Below the pieces are notes generated by a model that was not told where the DNA came from, searched no databases, and saw only the letters and a list, made by a program, of their open reading frames with translations. From NCBI GenBank assembly GCA_946626905.1, contig CAMOVA010000003.1:1-40539 (forward strand): 40,539 nt of DNA. Reading direction: 5' to 3'. The stretch is from an uncultured Bacillota bacterium (GTDB lineage: Bacteria > Bacillota_I > Bacilli_A > RF39 > UBA660). The position numbers were made by a program, and so were the translations under genes. Positions 36,285-40,539 of this stretch are shown piece by piece (the stretch's first letter is position 1; every line of letters starts with the position of its first letter).

Positions 36285-36893
36285 TTGAAATATAAAGAAT
36301 ATAATGATAATGAAATAATTAATTACATTAGTGAGGGTAATGAAGAGGCTATTAATTTGATATATGAAAAATATAAACCTCTTATTTCAAAAATAGCTAC
36401 AAGATTATATAAAAAGTATTGTGCAAATACTGGTCTTGAAATTAATGATTTAGAACAAGAAGGTATGGTTGCTTTATCTAGTGCTATTAATTATTATCAA
36501 GATTCAAAAGATGCTTGCTTTTATACATATGCGAAGACATGTATTGAAAGAAAAATTATTAGTGCAGTAATAGGTGCTAGAAGACAAAAGCATAAAATTT
36601 TAAATGATTCCATTTCTTTTGAAGTTAATATAGGTGATACTGATTTAAACTTAAACTTAATTTTAAAAGATGAAAAAAATATACCTGAAAACATTGTAAT
36701 AGGTCGTGAAAGTAATAAAGAGTTAATGGAAAAAATAGAAAAAGTTTTAACTGATTTTGAATTAAAAGTATTACAACTTAGAATGGATGGCTTTGATTAT
36801 AAACAAATATCTGAAATTGTAGAAAAAGATATTAAAGCTGTTGATAATGCAATATATAGAATTAGAAATAAAATAAAAAAAATAATTGAATAA
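36285..36893 (+). CDS. sigH: RNA polymerase sigma-H factor
   Basis: DLEQEGMV.L, F.TYA.TCIER.I.SA...A.RQKHK.LN, LTDFE, KAVDNAIYRIRNK; mrnC-rlmB-sigH synteny; TTG start. Confidence 0.85.
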   Translation: MKYKEYNDNEIINYISEGNEEAINLIYEKYKPLISKIATRLYKKYCANTGLEINDLEQEGMVALSSAINYYQDSKDACFYTYAKTCIERKIISAVIGARRQKHKILNDSISFEVNIGDTDLNLNLILKDEKNIPENIVIGRESNKELMEKIEKVLTDFELKVLQLRMDGFDYKQISEIVEKDIKAVDNAIYRIRNKIKKIIE

Positions 36894-36969
36894 AAAAATG
36901 TTTGAAAATATCAAAAAATATGCTATACTTATTATGATATGTATAAAAGAATAAAAGGGAGATGTTATT

Positions 36970-37857
36970 ATGATGGAAGATAACATTAATGTTAATGATG
37001 ATTTTTTAAATAAAGATACTATTTTAGATGATGGTGAGTTTTTAGATACTGTTAATGATAAATCGTATGATTTTGATGATGTTTTTAAATCTAATGATGA
37101 CGATGTTCTACCTTTTGAAAATAGTAATCAAATAACAACTCCAGAACCAGAAGAAGTAACGAAATTAGATTTTGATGATATACAAGATGGAGTGCCAAAA
37201 GAAGTTCATATTGATCATTTAAATGAAGAGGAAGAAAAAGAAGAAAAATTAAAAACAGAAGAAGTTAAAGAACCAGTAGAGAAAGTATCTCAAGAAGATA
37301 TGCCTTCATTTGATTCAATGTTTGATTCTTTATATGAAAATGTTAATGGTGCAAATAATTTTATTAGTGATTTATTAGAACAAAAAAAATCTATTGAAGA
37401 TAAAGTTAATGAGGAACAAAGAAAATTAGAAGCAGAAAAAGCTGAATTTGAAGAATATAAAAATAAGGAATTAGAAAATATAGAATCAGCTAAAAGACAA
37501 TGTCAAGAATATATTGAAACAGAAAAACAACGTTTAAAAAATGAAGAAGAACAATTCAATAATAATTTAGAATCTTCTCTTATAGATAAAAAATTAAAAG
37601 AAGAAAAATTAGAAATTGCTATTAAAAAGTTTGAATCTGATAAAGAACAATTTGAAAATTACAAAGATCTAGAATTAAAAAAATTAGATTCAATAAAACA
37701 ACAATTAGAATCAGAAAGAGAACAATTCTTAAAGACTAAAGAATTAGAAGAAAAGAGACTTGAATTAGAAAGTAAGAATCTATCACAAAGCTGTGCAAGA
37801 TTCAAAGATTTAGTTAATAAATTCAATTCAGGTATTGGACAATTACCAGAAGAATAA
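36970..37857 (+). CDS. Hypothetical protein: acidic low-complexity N-terminus and long coiled coil
   Basis: Own promoter TTGAAA, 16 bp, TGcTATACT; SD AAGGGAG; terminator at about 37859-37889. Confidence 0.72.
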   Translation: MMEDNINVNDDFLNKDTILDDGEFLDTVNDKSYDFDDVFKSNDDDVLPFENSNQITTPEPEEVTKLDFDDIQDGVPKEVHIDHLNEEEEKEEKLKTEEVKEPVEKVSQEDMPSFDSMFDSLYENVNGANNFISDLLEQKKSIEDKVNEEQRKLEAEKAEFEEYKNKELENIESAKRQCQEYIETEKQRLKNEEEQFNNNLESSLIDKKLKEEKLEIAIKKFESDKEQFENYKDLELKKLDSIKQQLESEREQFLKTKELEEKRLELESKNLSQSCARFKDLVNKFNSGIGQLPEE

Positions 37858-37903
37858 TAGAAGAAATAAATGGATGTTTATTTCTTTTTAATTTTTTTGG
37901 CTA

Positions 37904-37932
37904 TTGACATAAAAAAAATATTAGTGTATAAA
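37904..37932 (+). promoter_or_regulatory. SigA promoter of topA
   Basis: TTGACA, 17 bp, TATAAA. Confidence 0.6.
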
Positions 37933-37957
37933 ATAGAATATAAAAAGGACGTGGATT

Positions 37958-39988
37958 ATGACAAAAAAATTAGTTATAGTGGAATCACCAGCAAAAACAA
38001 AAACTATTGGTAAATATTTAGGAAGTGACTATAAAGTTGTTTCTTCTAAGGGACATATTCGTGATTTAGCGACTAGTGGAAAATTTGGATTAGGTGTAGA
38101 TGTAGAAAATGATTTTAAGCCTAATTATGTTACAATCAAGGGTAAGAAAAAAGTAATAGATGAATTAAAAAAAGATGTTAAAAGTTCAGATTTTGTTTAT
38201 CTAGCAACCGACCCAGACCGTGAAGGGGAAGCAATATCATGGCACTTATTTGATGTTTTAAAAATAGATGAGGAAAAATATAATAGAATTGTATTTAATG
38301 AAATAACTAAAAATGCAGTTTTAGAGGCACTAGAGCATCCTAGAAAAATAGATAATGACTTAGTTAATTCACAAGAAACAAGAAGAATTTTAGATCGTAT
38401 TATTGGATTCCGTTTATCAAAGTTAATGCAATATAAAACAAGTGGAAGTAGTGCTGGTCGTGTTCAATCAGTAGCTCTTAAATTAATTGTTGATAGAGAA
38501 AGAGAAATAAATGCTTTTATAAAAGAAGAGTATTGGACAATAATAGCTAATTTTCCAGATTTTGATTCTACTTTAGAAAGTTATAATCATAAAAAAATAG
38601 AAATAAAAAATGAATTAGAAGCTAATGAAATATTAGATAAGTTATCAAATACTTTTAAAATAGAAAGTGTTGATAAACGTGAAAAATCAAAAGCAACTAA
38701 GTTTCCTTTTATTACATCAACTTTACAACAAGAAGCATCATCAAAATTAAATATGAATGCTAAAAAAACAATGATGATAGCACAAAAACTATATGAAGGA
38801 ATTGAACTTGCTGATGAAACAGTTGGTTTAATTACTTATATGCGTACTGATTCAACTCGTTTATCGCAAGATTTTATTAATGAAACAAAAACTTATATTA
38901 AAACAAAATATGGTGAAGAATATGTTGGTGTTGTTAAAAAATCAAAAAGCAAAGATAATGTTCAAGATGCTCATGAAGCAATAAGACCAACAAGTATTAA
39001 AAGAACGCCTGAATCAGTAAAACCTTATTTAAGTGATGATGAATTTAAATTATATCGATTAATATACTATCGTGCACTTGCATATCTTATGGCTCCTGCT
39101 AAAGTAGAAGCTACTACTATAATTTTAGATAATAATAATTATCAATTTAAAACAACTGGTCAAACATTAGTTTTTGATGGTTATTTAAAGGTATATAGTG
39201 ATTATGAAGATACTAAGGAAACTAATTTACCACCACTTGCTAATTACAAATCAAATGTATTAGTATGTGAAGATATTAAAAAGGAACAACATTTTACTCA
39301 ACCACCAGCTCGTTATACAGAAGCAAAATTAGTAAAAGCAATGGAAGAGTTAGGAATAGGTAGACCTAGTACTTATGCAACTATAATGAGTAATATTAAA
39401 GATCGTGGATATGCTAATATAGTTGAAAAGAAATTTGTTCCAACAGAAATAGGAATTGAAGTAACTGATAAATTACAAGAGTTTTTCTCATCAATTATAA
39501 ATGTTGAATATACAGCTTTAATGGAAAAGGATTTAGATTTAATCGCAGATGGAAAACTTGTTTGGAATAAAACCTTAGAGGAATTTTATAATAAATTTGA
39601 ACCATTAGTAGAAGTTGCTTTTAAGGATATGGAAAAACAAGCTCCAGAAGAAGTAGGAGAAGAGTGTCCAAATTGTGGTAGTCCTTTGGTAATAAGAAAA
39701 GGTAAATATGGTAAATTTATTGCTTGTTCTAATTATCCTGAATGTAAATATATTAAACAGGATGAAAAACAAGAAGAAGAAATATGTGATTGTCCAAAAT
39801 GTGATGGTAAAATAGTAATGAAAAAATCTCGTAAGGGAAAAATATTCTATGGATGCAACAATTATCCAAAATGTAAATGTGCATATTGGGATAAACCAAC
39901 AGGAGAAGAATGCCCTGAATGTAAAGAAATGTTAATAATTACTAAAAAGAATGAAAAAAAATGCAGTAATTGTGATTATACACAATAA
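37958..39988 (+). CDS. topA: DNA topoisomerase I
   Basis: LVIVESPAK, ATDPDREGEAI, SAGRVQS, LITYMRTDS, QDAHEAIRPT, GIGRPSTY, C-terminal zinc ribbons. Confidence 0.97.
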   Translation: MTKKLVIVESPAKTKTIGKYLGSDYKVVSSKGHIRDLATSGKFGLGVDVENDFKPNYVTIKGKKKVIDELKKDVKSSDFVYLATDPDREGEAISWHLFDVLKIDEEKYNRIVFNEITKNAVLEALEHPRKIDNDLVNSQETRRILDRIIGFRLSKLMQYKTSGSSAGRVQSVALKLIVDREREINAFIKEEYWTIIANFPDFDSTLESYNHKKIEIKNELEANEILDKLSNTFKIESVDKREKSKATKFPFITSTLQQEASSKLNMNAKKTMMIAQKLYEGIELADETVGLITYMRTDSTRLSQDFINETKTYIKTKYGEEYVGVVKKSKSKDNVQDAHEAIRPTSIKRTPESVKPYLSDDEFKLYRLIYYRALAYLMAPAKVEATTIILDNNNYQFKTTGQTLVFDGYLKVYSDYEDTKETNLPPLANYKSNVLVCEDIKKEQHFTQPPARYTEAKLVKAMEELGIGRPSTYATIMSNIKDRGYANIVEKKFVPTEIGIEVTDKLQEFFSSIINVEYTALMEKDLDLIADGKLVWNKTLEEFYNKFEPLVEVAFKDMEKQAPEEVGEECPNCGSPLVIRKGKYGKFIACSNYPECKYIKQDEKQEEEICDCPKCDGKIVMKKSRKGKIFYGCNNYPKCKCAYWDKPTGEECPECKEMLIITKKNEKKCSNCDYTQ

Positions 39989-40025
39989 ACTGCTTTTTTT
40001 ATGTTATAATATAGTTGGTGATAGT

Positions 40026-40539
40026 ATGAATGGTAGATATAGTTTAATGGTTAGAGATTTAGATACTTCAAGTGTAATAACAATAAAATTGCCAACATTA
40101 ATAATTGATGAAAATGGAAATAAAAATTATAATAATGAGGATGCTAAGACAAAAGCTACATTACCATATATTGATAGTATAACTCAAAAATATACAAAAG
40201 AAGGTTTAGTGAATGCATTAAATAATGCACATTATATTAATTCATTTAATGTGGATATTTTTATATCTTATCGTCATGATGATGCTATTCACTATGTAGA
40301 AGCATTATTTAAAAATGATCCTGCTTTTTATAGATTAACAGATAATTTTAATTCAAATATAAAATTAGATAATGATTTGTTTACTAAAACATGTTTAGTT
40401 TGGTATGACAAATTAAAAAGTGAAAAATTTAGAAATTTTATTAAAAAAAGTAATAAAATAAATAATCATATAAAAGATAATATTAATAATAAATATAGAA
40501 TTGATAATGTTAATGATCATTTTTATGAAAAAAAGATAA
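40026..40539 (+). CDS. Hypothetical protein, truncated by the window end
   Basis: TGtTATAAT promoter, SD GGTGA; ATG 40026 frame (MNGRYSLMVRDLDTSS...) stays open to the last base; absent from the ORF track. Confidence 0.7.
   Translation, partial: MNGRYSLMVRDLDTSSVITIKLPTLIIDENGNKNYNNEDAKTKATLPYIDSITQKYTKEGLVNALNNAHYINSFNVDIFISYRHDDAIHYVEALFKNDPAFYRLTDNFNSNIKLDNDLFTKTCLVWYDKLKSEKFRNFIKKSNKINNHIKDNINNKYRIDNVNDHFYEKKI

Noticed and set aside
325-36986. Short antisense or overlapping ORFs in the track (e.g. 325-513, 5436-5636, 6368-6667, 7509-7703, 10326-10508, 18079-18270, 21445-21723, 22946-23152, 26495-26957, 28906-29118, 30900-31208, 32063-32437, 32878-33069, 33487-33702, 34110-34334, 36771-36986)
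   Set aside because: They are shadows of well-supported genes on the other strand, with Ile/Leu/Phe/Ser-biased composition and no recognisable motifs.
1-40539. Mycoplasma-type UGA=Trp recoding suggested by the low GC
   Set aside because: prfB is present, Trp is encoded by TGG, and genes such as ftsX, rsmH and rsmE end properly at TGA.
1-40539. tRNA, rRNA or known riboswitch
   Set aside because: Intergenic gaps are short and AT-rich, and no cloverleaf or conserved RNA motif was recognised by eye; an Infernal or tRNAscan run would confirm this.

Overview
Very AT-rich chromosomal segment from a small-genome, walled Firmicute (Bacilli-like gene order; the content resembles uncultured gut Bacilli such as RF39, which is an inference). 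It uses the standard code, with TGA as stop. Most of it is housekeeping: lspA-rluD, tspO, rhomboid, prfB with its programmed +1 frameshift, ftsEX, a compacted sporulation-gene run (yabG-veg-spoVG-yabP-yabQ), a reduced dcw cluster (mraZ-rsmH-ftsL-pbp ... murG-murB), rnhC/cvpA/trxA, rsmE/mtaB, recD2, rbgA-mrnC-rlmB-sigH and topA. The main finding is an integron-like array of single-gene cassettes directly upstream of rbgA (about 32.5-34.4 kb). Each cargo gene is followed by a fresh copy of the rbgA RBS plus codons 1-10. Two unrelated cargo genes share a conserved ~54-bp leader that resembles the rbgA sequence it replaces. No recombinase is encoded in the window. Also notable are three full-length enzyme homologues with substituted catalytic motifs (pyruvate kinase, GH31 glycosidase, CDP-alcohol phosphotransferase), a long pilin-like gene inside the dcw cluster, and an orphan HNH-like gene. 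No rRNA, tRNA, CRISPR or IS was recognised. All calls come from reading motifs by eye; no searches were run.
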